A stretch of 52,827 nucleotides of DNA, filler included, from Sphacelaria rigidula (taxonomy: Eukaryota): the NCBI GenBank assembly GCA_964200075.2. It is 4 parts of 4 records of this genome, joined end to end, with 100 filler letters (N's around TTAATTAATTAA, not from the genome) between each part and the next. Parts side by side here need not be neighbours in the genome. Positions count along the whole stretch, not along the records: positions 1 to 13,132 come from CAXNAA020003124.1; positions 13,233 to 26,364 come from CAXNAA020003125.1; 2 more parts are not named here. The stretch is one strand, 5' to 3'. A model generated the notes under the pieces. That model had not been told where the DNA came from and did not search any database. It worked only from the letters and a program-made list of their open reading frames with translations. This document shows, piece by piece, positions 11,749-24,300 of this stretch. Both the position numbers and the translations under genes were made by a program. Numbering within the stretch: position 1 is the stretch's first letter; each line of letters opens with the position of its first letter.

Positions 11749-11843
11749 CTCTCTTTCTTGGGCATGAGCTCCTTCAATCGCGAGGCATCTGCTTTTTTGA
11801 GACCCATGTCGAACACCGCCGCGATGAAGTCACGGTGTAGCTC
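11749..11843 (-). CDS. Myb-like (SHAQKYF/GARP) DNA-binding domain exon ELHRDFIAAVFDMGLKKADASRLKELMPKKE
   Basis: TTTTCCATCCAG acceptor, AG|GTGAGA donor. Matches the (W)xxELHxxFxxAVxxLG...LM pattern of SHAQKYF Myb. Upstream start exon not located. Confidence 0.85.
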
Positions 11844-12411
11844 CTGGATGGAAAAAAAAAAGGGCAGCAAATCACAAAGTAAGGCGATACGCAGCAATAA
11901 TCTACAGGAAATAGATGTGAGACACGACACTAGCACCATCATGCAGTCATGCATAGCAAGCTTCAAACGTGTCCATTCTCGCGATGTATATCAGAACAGA
12001 ATCCGCGCAGATATACCAGACAGTAAACATGATAACTCCAAAAGATACAAGCACGTCTGTACGCCCATTCACTAGGGGGAAGTGCAAGATACGAGCGGAG
12101 CAAGTACAGCAGGTGCAGACAACCCTGGCTACGCAGTTTCTAATGCCTCATGTCGACGGGGCAGCTCCGCACCGAGAAGTCCTACTGTAAATGTGAGTGC
12201 TGAACAGTTTCACCACATCCGGCGAGACGTTGGTGTACCCCTCCGGCGTTCATACCATTCGTTCTCGTACGGTTGGGTCAAACCATGGACGTTGCTGTGT
12301 ATAGGTGGTGATGCTGTACAGTCGCGTTAGAGATTGGGATTGATATTGGAGAACGTCAATGTGTCACGAAGCGAAGTGTGCTGATACCGACGACGGAAAA
12401 ATTTTGCAGTA

Positions 12412-12743
12412 GACCTAAGAAAATGTACGTGAACAATGGTTGGTACTCGATTTTACTTGATTTCAGACTCAAGAAAATTCTGAGAAAACTAATGGTCTGG
12501 GGCAGGTGAGCAGTGGTGGGCAGTATACCCAGCTCGTCCAGAACGTGTTTTGGTCCAAAATCAGCCGAAAGGCGTCGATTTGAGCTCTGGCAACGCATAC
12601 TTTGCCTACAGAACACTCTACACCCCCTTGCCCGAGGGTTCTCGGTATGTCTTGGTCGGGGTTAGGGTTAGGGTTGGGGTTAGCGTTAGAATTGTCGGCA
12701 TCTCCATAGTACCAACCATTGTTTACGTACATTTCCTCAGGTC
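12412..12743. mobile_element. MITE-like element with 36-bp inverted repeats and internal TTAGGG-like repeats
   Basis: 12412-12447 vs reverse complement of 12708-12743: 33/36 identity. GGGGTTAGGGTTAGGGTTGGGGTTAGCGTTAG at 12658-12689. Confidence 0.7.
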
Positions 12744-13132
12744 GCCTCGAAGTTTGGCACATTCACATCATCGCATGGCCAATCACACGGAATGCCACAC
12801 TCATGCCCTCTGTTTTTCTCTGCCGACACACCGCAAATCATGAATCAGCAAGGAAGATAATGTCAGTCACGACAACACCGCCGCCTGCCTGCTCTTCGGC
12901 TTCATGCACGACTACGCAAAATACCACACCTATGCAGACAATGACTGTGTACAAAATTGTGTCACAAATGTGTGATACCGTCTGTACCATAAACGGTCCT
13001 CCCGATTCTGAGTTCGCGAATTGGAGTCCCCCCGGTTTTGTATGGAAGAAACGTAATGAGCACCGAAATGTTGAAGGTGTCCCTATTAGGAGTAGGAACG
13101 GTGCTCCGTCTCGAAAGGGATACGTGGTCAAT

Positions 13133-13232
13133 NNNNNNNNNNNNNNNNNNNNNNNNNNNNNNNNNNNNNNNNNNNNTTAATTAATTAANNNNNNNNNNNN
13201 NNNNNNNNNNNNNNNNNNNNNNNNNNNNNNNN
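13133..13232. other. Artificial contig linker N44-TTAATTAATTAA-N44
   Basis: Six-frame-stop spacer, identical at three places 13,232 bp apart. Confidence 0.98.
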
Positions 13233-14139
13233 CCCCGCTTCTCGGGGTGAGTCCGCAGTAATGACGGCTTCAATGTGATCCTCATCATGTGTTCACAGCT
13301 TCCCTCGCTCACAATTTGGGGGGGGCGGGCAGCAAGCCAGGCAAACAACGTCGGTCTGCACTACTTGTACTGTTTCACGTACTCGTTTGGCCACCGGAGC
13401 CCGTTGAAACCTTACCGTCGTACTTCCGTTGAATTGATACCTCCATATAGCCCTGCATCGTGGGCCATTTTCCAGGATCTGATACATTTCGCACACCACG
13501 CTACCCACCCGAGTCGCGACCATGTTGGGTACCCAGAATACTCGGAACAACATTAGCACAATATGTGCTATATATATATTAACAAGTGGTCATGTGGTTG
13601 AGATTTATGCGGTACTGTTTTGCTCTTTTCGCTGTGAACGTTCGAATTCATTGTTTTTCTTGGTAAGGAAATAATCCTGTAATAATAGCGTGCTCATACA
13701 GTGGTCTTAAAACCGCTCAAATGCGTATTTGTTTTTGTGGCTGTTCGGTTTTGAACCTTTTAGGTAGTCCTTGGGGTGCGCCGTGGGGTAGCGCTGAGTG
13801 AACAATGGCCTTATGCCGCGCGCAGGAATGTTTACCGGTGATGTTGGGAGTTGCGAGTTTTGTGTTCCTGTTGAAGCCAGTCCTATTGGCCAAAAATCAA
13901 TTATATCCCACGCATACTTTTTGTACGGTATCTATTTATTGTAGATAAATACTCAGAGGAGTGGCGATGAAGGGGTCTTGTGTAGCGTAGTGAGACCAGC
14001 AAGTATGGTACGGTTTGCCGATCGTTTCGCTGACGGACAAGATTATATATACACTGACGGAAGAATTTTCACCAGTATGCATTGGCTGCCGCGCGCGGGT
14101 GATCGAAAGGTGCAACTGATACCATGAAAAGTCGGGAAA

Positions 14140-14400
14140 TAACGTGGGGTTCGTTTTCCGTCAGATCCGTCAACTTTGGATTTTTTTCTGCGAGTTACCC
14201 AGTTTCTGTGTGGCTGAAAGGATGGGGACATGAATATCAACAAGAGTTTGTTCGACTGAGTTTTGTCTGACGAGGGTCGAGGCGGTGCCGGAGTGAGAGC
14301 TGATATAACCCGCGATACTAAAAATTCAAGGCGTGTACTGGAGGAGAGATGGGTTGATACCTTGACACCTGACCACGGAATCACCCGGAGGAATAGGAGA
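14140..14400 (+). repeat. Dispersed repeat family B copy
   Basis: Similar to 4350-4490 and 7200-7350. Boundaries approximate. Confidence 0.65.
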
Positions 14401-15117
14401 AGTTTCGTGTGAGAATTAACAAACCTTTCCCAATTCATATCTAGATAGGCGGATGGCTGCATGGATATTGCAACGGCTTTGTGTGTCCGAGGCACGGTCG
14501 AGTATTGACCAACCAATTTCGGCGGGAAAGCACAAGACGGTCGATTTTAGCATGAACCGTTCGTTTTTTGTTGTTTTGCCCACGCCGTTGTTCTCAGGGT
14601 TCGACGCGGCGTGCAGTGGACGCTGTACGATCTCATGAAAGAGACCGGGGTCATGCTGCTATTCACGGCACACAACTACCAGGCGAGTTGCACAACCCGC
14701 TGTACAACCCGCTGTACAACCCAAACCCCACTCACATTTATCTCTGAGAACTCTACATGTGTGTATTGCTGTAAGGATGTCGCTTCGTCATTGTGCTGTT
14801 ACGACCGGTGTGTAGGGCGATCAGTCCCAATTTTTTCATTTGTTCTGGAGCCATGTGGCAGGCGTTGGACTTTTACTGCTTTGTTTCATCGAGGCTGTTT
14901 ACGATATATATATATATATATTGCGTTTTTCCTCGTGTATGTGTGTTTTCCCTCTCCTTCCGTTTCCTTTTTTGCTGTATTGTTTTGGTTCTTGCTTGAC
15001 AGTTTACTCTCATGTATTTTTCTGTCTTTATTTTTTGGTATCGTACCGCTCTCGAGTTTTCCTTCACCGAGTCATTTTTTCCTGTTTACCCTGGGTGCGT
15101 CTATCTTGTGACCGTAG

Positions 15118-15292
15118 CACACCTTGGACAATATTTGGTCAATACATGGAATAGGCCTATACTTGACCCAGTACATCTTTAGTCTATTGCATTTATTGAC
15201 CATATATGTAGACAATAGTTGCTATATGCCTATACTTGAACCGGTACATTTTGGTCTATTGCATATATTGACCATATATTGTCCAGGTTGCG
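15118..15292. mobile_element. CACAC...GTGTG MITE family copy, internally rearranged
   Basis: CACACCTTGGACAATAT start, ...ATATTGTCCAGGTTGCG end, TSD GACCGTAG/GACCATAG. Right arm present twice in direct orientation. Confidence 0.8.
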
Positions 15293-16559
15293 GACCATAG
15301 CTAGGCTCCTCGGGGATCAGCCAATGTGCGGTAACCATGCAACTAATCCATGAGTTCATATACCCGATGCTGTGTGAAATTTATCCATGTTTTTTCATAG
15401 CTTCAATATCTGATAGTTTTGAAGGACATCTTGAGCGTGTGAGAGCAATAGCATCATGGCTTCGCAGAGATGAGAGTCACGCAGAATACTGTTGTGTTCG
15501 TTATCGTGTGTGGAGGTCGAGATGGACACGGCAGCTCTAGAGCATGACAGTACTCCGTGGGCGAAAACAGACGGTTACCTGAGGTGACGGAGCATCCGTT
15601 TCAGAGGAACGTTCCCGAGACTGATGAAAGCTGGCACAATTCGCCAAGCCCCGTTCCTGTGCGAATATTGGCGCCGAAAAACCAAGATTGTTGCGTTGCC
15701 TGAGATGTGTTTCTGTCGTGCGTCACAACAAGAGGTTTAAGCCTCCTCTCCCGTTGGAGTATGGCGATACTCCGGTGACAGAACGTTCTTGTCAGAGGAA
15801 TGTTCCCGGGGGATTGCGGGGCGAACTAGCATTAAGTGAACGTGAACGAACTTCGTGATGAAACCGTGAGTGTTTCAGAGGGTCTTGAATCACTGGCTGC
15901 TTAGTCCTTGGCTGCGCCCTTTGACCAGGAACATGTTCGGATCTTCGCTTGAAGAGTGTCCATATATACCTCAAATTCATGTGGAAAATGCTCGTATTGG
16001 CACACGTGGACGCACTTGAAAATGACTTGAGTAAACTTCGCATTCAAGTGGTGCTGTGCCAACTGAGTTTTTGCTTGCGTTGTCGTCATGGTATGGATGT
16101 ATCCAGGTGGTGATGGAGGTCTGCAAGGAAGTGGCGGTCTTCTTTGACGGGCGCATAACAGAGGTGAGGGCAAGAGAGTCACACGCGAATAGAAGATGTG
16201 TACACTAGCAACACGGTCATTGTAGTGTCCGGAAGCTCCTAGGACAACTTTTGTCGTGCTTTCCGTTGTCATGACACTTTTTACGATAGTCCCCCCCCAA
16301 AAAAAATAAAGAAGAACAACAGCCCAAAACTGTCCCGAAGGAAGTGGTCATACAAAGCCTGATGCTTGTTTCCTGGAAGCATGAAGCGCCTCATATGGGC
16401 GACATGGTCGACAACGAACCAGAGCGTTGGAACTCCCAGCTGCCCGTTGTGCTCACCTTTTTTCATTTCGATCTACGTCTAGATTTTGCCTCCCCAAACC
16501 AACCACTTTTTGGGGGGGGCATCGTGGAAAGTGTCTCATACTAAAAGTGGGAGGAGTCA

Positions 16560-16804
16560 TGCTAGGGTAGAGGGGTTGCACATTCGGACCCAAATATTTC
16601 TCACTCAGGGGTTCCTAAAGTCAGGAGCTAGACCACAATGTGGGTGAGGACATTCTCGCTCTCAAATTCATTCGGGATATCCCTAGCCCCTTGAGATACT
16701 GATCGTGGCGTGCTCTCACATATTTCATGAGTCGTTTTTCGGATGAGATGGGGGGCTTCTAACGCTTCGAATCTCAGAAATTTTTGTGCATCCCTACTGT
16801 AGCA
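16560..16804. mobile_element. MITE, TGCTA...TAGCA family (diverged)
   Basis: TGCTAGGGTAGAGGGGTTGCACA ... TGTGCATCCCTACTGTAGCA. Same termini as 41402-41671 and 52282-52529. Confidence 0.6.
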
Positions 16805-17129
16805 CCACTCAGATGCATTATCATGGTTATTTACCGAGGCTTGCCAGCTAGCCTTTTAAAGCTGATCATGAATGTACGAGAGACAAGATTTATATTTTCA
16901 TCATCATGAAGAATGTTGTGTTGGCATTCTCGGCTCCGAATTCTCTCCCGATCTAGGGTAAGGCTTTGCACAGGGCACATGCAGCACGTGTACTGTATAG
17001 GCTGGGCCAGCCAAGAGTGCCGCATTTGCATCTTCTACCATAACTCGTCAAGTTTACCACATCAGCTCGACTTCAGCACATCACTGTGAACTACAGATCA
17101 ACCTGGTATTGATCAGCCTCTTGATTCGT

Positions 17130-17347
17130 CTAATGGTTTATTTTTTCCTGCGTTAGTATCTGATTTCGTCGTTAAAAAACGTGGGGACATGAACGACAAC
17201 AATAGTTGAAGTTGTCAAGCGACAGTCGACGCGATGCGGTAGTGCTGGTCATGATCCAATCAGGGATATCACAATATCATGCACGTCCCGGGGGAGAGAT
17301 CGGTTGATCCCATGAGACTGCGGACTCATCCCGAGGAAGTGAAGGGT
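17130..17347 (+). repeat. Dispersed repeat family B copy
   Basis: GGGAGAGATCGGTTGATCCCATGAGACTGCGGACTCATCCCGAG at about 17292, upstream similar to 4330-4440. Confidence 0.65.
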
Positions 17348-19513
17348 TTATATACAGTATATAGGGCTCAGATCTGGATGTGTGAGCAGTTTTCGTTGTT
17401 CGCGTGCCGAAGCCGCGTGTCATCGCCGTGCGAAGACCAACTGATCTAGGCGCGAAGTCGGAAAGGTATCAATGCGTGTGAACTAGCTTATCGTGGCATA
17501 GCACATGACACATTCGACAGGTGGACAGGCAGGGTTGCTGTAGGTGACGGTGTAGACAACTGACACGCCAGAAGATGACTGCCTTGGCCTCGGAAACGTA
17601 CCACCCTGAGGTGCTATGAAGGGGGGTTATGCACTGCATCCCCCGGTACAGTGCCGTGGATACTGGCATGGGGACCAATAATACCCGTAACCGGATCACT
17701 GTTGGGTGGTGTTTATGAGGTGTTACGCGACGTATCGGTGATATGTACGGTCACTTGCGGTAGCATAGTGAAACTGGGTGTATTGTAAACAGTGATGCCG
17801 CTGTGCGTTGCGAAGATCTGATTGATACACCAAAAGCCAGTCAAAACAGAAGATAGCGGGGCCGGATATTGTAGTGTTGAGAAGAATCTGGTGTCCGCCG
17901 TTGGAAGCGCTTTGGCGCGAGTAGCGAAGAACTGCCGACGGAAGTTGACCGGGTGCGGGAGTGCTGGTCAAAGTCCAATCCTCCACGGCAGAAATCTCGG
18001 GAAGTTACCGAGGCAGGGAAGGTTTGATGCCTTGAGACTACAGACTCGTCCTGAGGAAGGGGAGATGCTAATCCTTAGACCGCCGCTCATGTCTTGCGTG
18101 CATTTTCCAAGTCAAATGATATTGCCGGTTCAGTGCATGATCATGACTCACCCTTGCGTTCAAGGGGTACATCTTCTGACGAAGGCTCAGATAGTTATGA
18201 AGAATATCACGAAGAGAAGAACGCTCCGGACTTGAGCCCGCACGCCCGAAGAATGTCTCCCCTGGCGTTTACCACCCGTGACCCCGATGTTGCAGCCAAG
18301 CAGTTCCTCTCTTTTTGAAAGCACAACCTCCCAAGCCGACATACCGTGTACTCCATGAGTCTCGACCCCCTGACCCGGGCGGTTTGTCAAAATATGCTGA
18401 GATACTTCTTTTCCGCATGTTTCCAGGCGGCGTTCTAGGGTTGGTACACGAATTGTCGTCGTGTTACAGCGTAAAAGTTGGTGGGAGTATGGCGGGTGGT
18501 TTTGGAGAGCTGCGGGTAAGGGTTTGCAGTCAGCAACGACAACATCAGTTGCTTGTGAAGTGTTTTGCTGCGTACTTGGTGTCCCCTTTTTCTTTCTAGA
18601 GTGTTTGTTGGAATATTTTCAACCACGAAACGGCAAGTCTTTTTTTTTCGATCACTCGCATTCCGAAACTTCGGTACTGTTCGTGCACCCACAAACACGC
18701 GACCAATGACACACTGGGGCATGGCACAGATACACACAGATCGATGCTCCCCGCGATCACTATTGTTCTGTATCGCTACCGTTGCCAACGTCACCGGAAG
18801 GTTTCAACGCACGAGCGGTCTCAGTATGGCAAGGCCATCTTCGAGCAGCTCCGAGATCAGATCGAGTACGAGCGCAGGAGATCAAGGCAAAAATCCCAAT
18901 CTAAGGTCGCCAGCTTCTTTTGAGACGTGGCGGGGGCACCCGCTCCGCAAGCTATGCGGGGAGGGGGGGGGGGGGGGGGGACCGGCGACTGCACTGTGGG
19001 AATTCGGGTTGAAGTCTCATGTACATCACTTTGCCGCCTAAAAGATTTTTCAGCGTGCGCAGGTTTTTGGGTTCAAGCCGGCTATGGACATATCCATGAT
19101 GAAAAGGAATTTCTGTAGGGTGCGAGGAGAAAGAACTACGAGTATCGTCAATGATACCTCGGGGCCGCACAAAACGCGAGTATGGAGACTAAAAAAAAGA
19201 AATCTTGGGACGTTCTACCCTGGGGCACCCTGTTGTTGGTGTGCCGTGGACATACGTCGGTTTGGAAGCTGGTGAAGGATTCACTGCAGTGCGTTGATTG
19301 TGTGCATACGAATGCACAACTGGAACATAATCGAGTGTGGGGGCATCACAGTGTCTCTCGTCGTCTTGAGAGCACAAACAGCAATCGGGATTTTGTACTA
19401 AGAAATGAGGTGGATAGCACCCTTTTTCGCAACCTTGTACAGTGTACATACGTAAGGAACAGCACTGTCTGTGAAGGGCTACGTGGCGGAAGGCGTGCAT
19501 CTGTCTTTGGTTC

Positions 19514-19760
19514 TCACCTGTGTTGTCCTTCCCCAAGGCGGATAACTTGCCTCTCGTCGGCCACAGCTATACACGTGTAGCGTCGAGAATTGACTTCGAA
19601 TTTCGCCAGGCTGTGCACCCGTCTCCTGCATGCCCCCTCCTTCAGCATAACTTCCCGTTGAATCCGGCCCCCATTTAGCGCACCCACGCTGCCAAGATCT
19701 CCGTTCGGGTCTCCAACCATGAATTTGAAGAATCGGGTGGGGGGAAGGAGACGCAGAATA
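19514..19760 (-). pseudogene. Degenerate C-terminal fragment of RTE-type LINE ORF
   Basis: GALNGGRIQREVML...LAKFEV...VIRLGEG resembles the RTE C-terminal GGRLPKRIVFG...RAFGI...VTEG pattern (also seen at 27930-28130). Confidence 0.4.
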
Positions 19761-19939
19761 ACTGATGTATGTTTCATGTATGCGCAGCACAGCAGGATTC
19801 CGTGCCCTTGCAATTTGATTTTCGGTTCCGGTTCTATATGAAATTGGTGTGTTGTCGGGAAAGAGCAGTGCGTCGAAACGAGTCTTTTTGAGCGTGTGTT
19901 TCGTTTCGCAGCAAATCAACTGTAAAGAATCATGATCCT

Positions 19940-20520
19940 TTTGGTGTGCTACGCGTATGCATGCGGCGGAATTCGTCGCGGTCGGAGAGGCGATCGATCG
20001 TGCAGTAAATTGGGTGCAGTAGAGGTCACATTTCCCGTCGTATATGGGAGGTGAACAGGGATGAAACCTGTGGCGGTTTGACGTCCTTGTATTGTAGAAC
20101 GACTACTCACAGAACCTGGCGGACAGGATAGTGCTGCCCCCGCCTTTGAGGCGGTATCAGTATTTCGGGCGCTGCTCTTCGTTGCAGGAAATATTGGTTG
20201 TTGAAGGAATTTGACTAGATGGGTATCTCCGGAGGGGTGTTGGCGTGGATTTGCGTGCTTCGCCTCTTCGTGTGTGTGCGCGTGTATAGTTCTCCACTAG
20301 ATTTGGCGACGGCTTACGCATGCTTCCCAAGACGAATGAATGATGATGACTGATCTTCCTACATTTTTTTTTTACTTCATACACACGACGTGGGAATTCA
20401 ATACTTGGAAGTCGATTCGTACACAACTAGATGGACTTGAGGTGAACTCGTCGCCGGAAAGTCATGGTGGTGAAGTAAATATATTGTCAGTGTGAGAGGT
20501 GGGTTCTTTGAACAGAAGCG
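19940..20520 (+). pseudogene. Possible highly degraded Ty1/copia pol remnant
   Basis: Frameshifted FG/CYAYA...DRAV and EFNTWKS...RRKVMVVK*IY resemble the copia post-integrase and RT-start (GRKVIxxKWVY) motifs. Confidence 0.3.
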
Positions 20521-22280
20521 TGTCGGCAGTGCGTGAGGTTTGACGGAATATTGACGCTATCTCGTCTCCTTCTGATCGTAGTCCAGAAGGCGGATTGTCT
20601 GAGCATGGCATACTCGTAACTCCGGAGAGTACTGCTTCTCAACGAGGTGTTTCTCACACCCGATCACTTGTCTGGGGTGCCCGGTCGTGCGGGTCGGTGG
20701 GCAGGCGTGAAAGTTGGGAGGGAAAGTTTGCACTAGTTCAATTTTTACATATATAAAACGTGTCGTTGCGTACCACGCCGTCCTGTTAGTCTCCGTGGGC
20801 GGCCAGTTGTCGATTCACGAAGAAGCCGGTACGGTTGCATGTTTCCAGCATAAGTCAGATGTTGGTCTTGTTTCATACTGGTACGTACTAACGGGTATCC
20901 GCGGCTATCGCCTTTGCTTATCGGGATCCATTTGTCCTCAAAGACGCCCACGACTGCCCATGGGTCATTGTCGCTGCCCATGGTGACCCATGAGCCAACT
21001 AATCAACCACGGACAGCCGCGATCGCCCGTGGGCAAATCCACGCGCTCGCTCGCATACGTGGTCGGAGATCCACCTCGAATCATAGCTTAATCCAAACAC
21101 CATCGAAACATCCAACAATACCCTCGAGGGTAACTTCAAGGGAAATCATGTACCACCATTCGAAAGACCATCGAACATTTTTCGTTCCGTCAAAAAACAA
21201 AGTATTTCCATCTTTTCATAACCTCCTTTTGACTGCGGGTATGACGAGAATGAAGCTCATCGTAATTCGACCGGCGATGCTGTACACAATTCGTTTACAT
21301 GATGGGCAAATATGATCGTTGAGACCCCGCGAAGGACACTTGGAAGTTGCGTTGCAAGATGAAACCAGGATTCTAGCGAATTGCAAATACCTTACTCGAT
21401 GTTGCCTCCCTTGCTGGGGGATGCCTTATTTGCGGGGCCAAAGAAAGAACTGTATCATATAGATTGCCCTGTATCCAGCGCGCTTCCAAGTTCAATTTAT
21501 TTCGGTGTTTGTGACGTTGCCGTCTCGGATTTCGGCGGTGAAACCATAGTGGTCTCGGCTGGGTACCTCTACCCTCAAATGAAGGTGTGCCCGTACATTA
21601 TTTTGTAATTTACACGTGTTATCTATCTCCGTATGGTAGGTAGTGGAGGGAGTGGTGGGCTCGTTTCAGTACCAATACGCCCAGTTATTATTATGATATA
21701 AATGATTTGCCTGGTGTCTCGTTCGAATCATGTGCTTCATGCTAATAATAAAAACTGCTTGTACGGCAGTATGGTTGCGTCCTTGCATTCCTTGACCAAA
21801 ACTACGCGTCACGCACCTCGTACACAGCTCATGATAAGCGGAGCATGTCGGTGGCGTTTATATCATGCATATCCTTTTGAAGTGGTACGGTATACTATTC
21901 GGTACAACACGCAGCATGCGGGAGTATTACAGTAGATCGAACAAAACTGGTTCACTACATCTCCAAGTGCAACAGCGATGGACTCGCTGGCATCTCTTCT
22001 GCGTGTTTTCGAATAAAGCGTGATGAAACATGAGGAGCAATACCATGGCGGGCTGCCACACACGTGGACAGATAGCACCCTGTACGACGTGCTGCACAGG
22101 GTTCTTTGCAGTCTTTGTGAAAACCTATACAGCATTTGCCAACTTTAGTGTCTCTACCAGCATTTTGTGTAACGTTTTTCTCGAGACCCTGTAAGCAACC
22201 CTGTGGAAAGGCACTCCCAATTTGAAAATTCTATATTATTTTTTTCACAAAATCTTTAAATTTATTTATTTTGAGAAGCT

Positions 22281-22532
22281 TGTGACGAATTCACGCCGTC
22301 ACGTTGAGTATATAGTGATGATTGGATGATGACTGAGGATTTGTAGTGATGATATGGATGATGACATGGACACAGAGGTGATACCCTGATGTGGTTTATG
22401 GAGCCGCCTGAGAGGTCACTGCTGGATAATGAGATGTTGTAAAGGCTGACAACTGGAACCTGAGGCCAGTGGAACTGGGGAGTCCCTCAACAGCATTAGA
22501 CACTGCAGTGCTAGCAACCTGTTGTCGTCACA
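22281..22532 (+). mobile_element. LTR (probable 5' LTR of downstream retrotransposon)
   Basis: TGTGACGA ... TCGTCACA 8-bp inverted termini, 252 bp, directly upstream of gag-like sequence. No TSD, so not a solo LTR. Confidence 0.7.
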
Positions 22533-22724
22533 ATATCGATATTAATGATAGTGCTAGTCGTGCTAGTAGTGCTATCGTTAGTGACTGCTGGGAATTTTTC
22601 AGTAGAGAGGAGTCTGGACAACTTGGGGTATACCTTCACGGACGCGTGAGGAGGTTTCAAGCTGAGGTAGCTGCAAAGACGGCTGGCCCGTGATTGATCC
22701 AGACTGGAGACTTGCTGGAGCTGC

Positions 22725-24290
22725 GTGCAGCGGGAGTTTATAGGACTCCACGGCTGTTATGGTGCAGCGACGAAGGCAGGTGTGAACTGTGGAGTTCGAG
22801 AAGGTTCAGAAGCCTTCGATGAGGTCCGCACGGAAATGTCGACCACAGAGGTACCGGTAATAGAGCCAGCGGAGACGACTGTAAACCCAGGTGTTCTGAG
22901 AGAAGAGTTGCGGCCTCGCAGTTACGGGAATTTGTATTCTGAGTGTGCTTCTCGTCGGTTTTATACGAAATACATGAAATACAAGAAGCGGGTGGAGCAC
23001 GCGAATGCGGGGGGTGCGGTAAGTCACCAGGTGGTTTCCATGGCGCAACTCGTGCCTCCCCCCCCTCCAACGCGTTTATGCGAGGATTTTCCATGAAAAG
23101 CACACAATAACGCCGCCGCATTTGGTTGCGGCGATCAGAAAGCATGCTGGGCATGCGGCGGGCACTTGCCACTGTTGTGGCCAGGTCGGCCATTACGCGC
23201 GCGATTGCCTAACGTCTTCCGGGGGAAAGTCTGGGCAATCTCATGCCGCGCGCGATCAGCATCGTCAGCATAAGGGCAAAAGAGAAGGTAATCGTGGTGG
23301 CGGCGGAGGCGGATCCTCCAGGGGTGGAGGTGCACAGTCGAGCTCCCAGCAGCATCAGCAGGGGCAGCGGCGTCAGCAGGGGTCCGGTTCTGGGTCCGGC
23401 ACAGCCGCAGGGGCGGCTCCTCCGCAACGGGCGGTGCAGGTCTGACCGACCAGTCTAGTGTCGGGCTCATTGCCGGCGCCGCCGGCAGCAGAGCAAGGCG
23501 AGACGTCTGCTGCTGCGTCGGCCGGATTTCAATTGAAATTTGCATCCGCTGCTGCGTCGGTCGGAGTACCGCTGCAATTTGGTTCTGCCGGCGGGGCTTT
23601 GTACCCGCCGGCGGTGCCGGTGACCCCAGCGGGGGCGTCTATGCCTGTGCCGCAGGTGCAGCCGTGGCGCCAAGTGGGGATCACGAAGAATCAGTCAGTG
23701 CAGCAGGTGACGGTTGACTATCAAGGCAAATATATTTCTGCAGAGTTATATATCCCAAATCAGCGGGCGCGGGGAGCCATTGCGGTAGAGGCTAAGTGGG
23801 ATTCTGGCGCCTACTGGACGGGTCATGTGGGTCTGTCGGTACAGATTGTAGAGATGTTGGAGCGTCTTCTCCCGGGTGTGCCGTTGCGCACTCCGTATCC
23901 GCTCGGGGCTTGGCAGGCCGTCACTGCGTCGGGTGAGCATCTTTACGCCACAGAGCGTACTGTTCCGCTGCAGCTGGCTTTGATGACTTCCTGGGCGCCG
24001 GCGCAGTTGCCTCCGATCTCGTTTGCGATCATGCCGGGGTCGGATGGCGTTGTTCTTCTGGGGTTGCCGATGATTCGGGATAATGGAGTCAACGCTCGGC
24101 GGTTGTGGGACTTCACGAAGACGCGGATGTCTCCGCCTGGTCCACGCTTGGAGACGCCCGCCGTTTTGGGCAGTCGTCGCTTGAGCTTGTCGGTGGATGC
24201 TTTTCAGGAGGATGGAGGGCAGGTGACCGAGGAGCGGGATGCAGCGGTGGAACGCTTGGTAGAGCGCGGGTCGGAGAAATACCTTCCGAT
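22725..24290 (+). mobile_element. Truncated Ty3/gypsy-like gag-protease region
   Basis: CCHC zinc knuckle CHCCGQVGHYARDC (ORF 23122-23445). Retropepsin motif AKWDSGA and IMPGSDGVVLLG (ORF from 23458). Stops before RT where the satellite begins. Confidence 0.85.
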
Positions 24291-24300
24291 CGGACTCCTC

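Noticed and set aside
12658..12689. True telomere
   Set aside because: Only about five degenerate units, internal to an inverted-repeat element.
13177..13188. TTAATTAATTAA as a biological site
   Set aside because: Synthetic six-frame-stop linker repeated identically in all three 100-bp gaps.
15621..15680. Hammerhead ribozyme (CTGATGA...GAAA)
   Set aside because: I could not form stems I-III or a cleavage triplet around the core.
16344..16466. Gypsy integrase fragment (DMVDNEPERWNSQLPVV)
   Set aside because: Resemblance too short to support without a database search.
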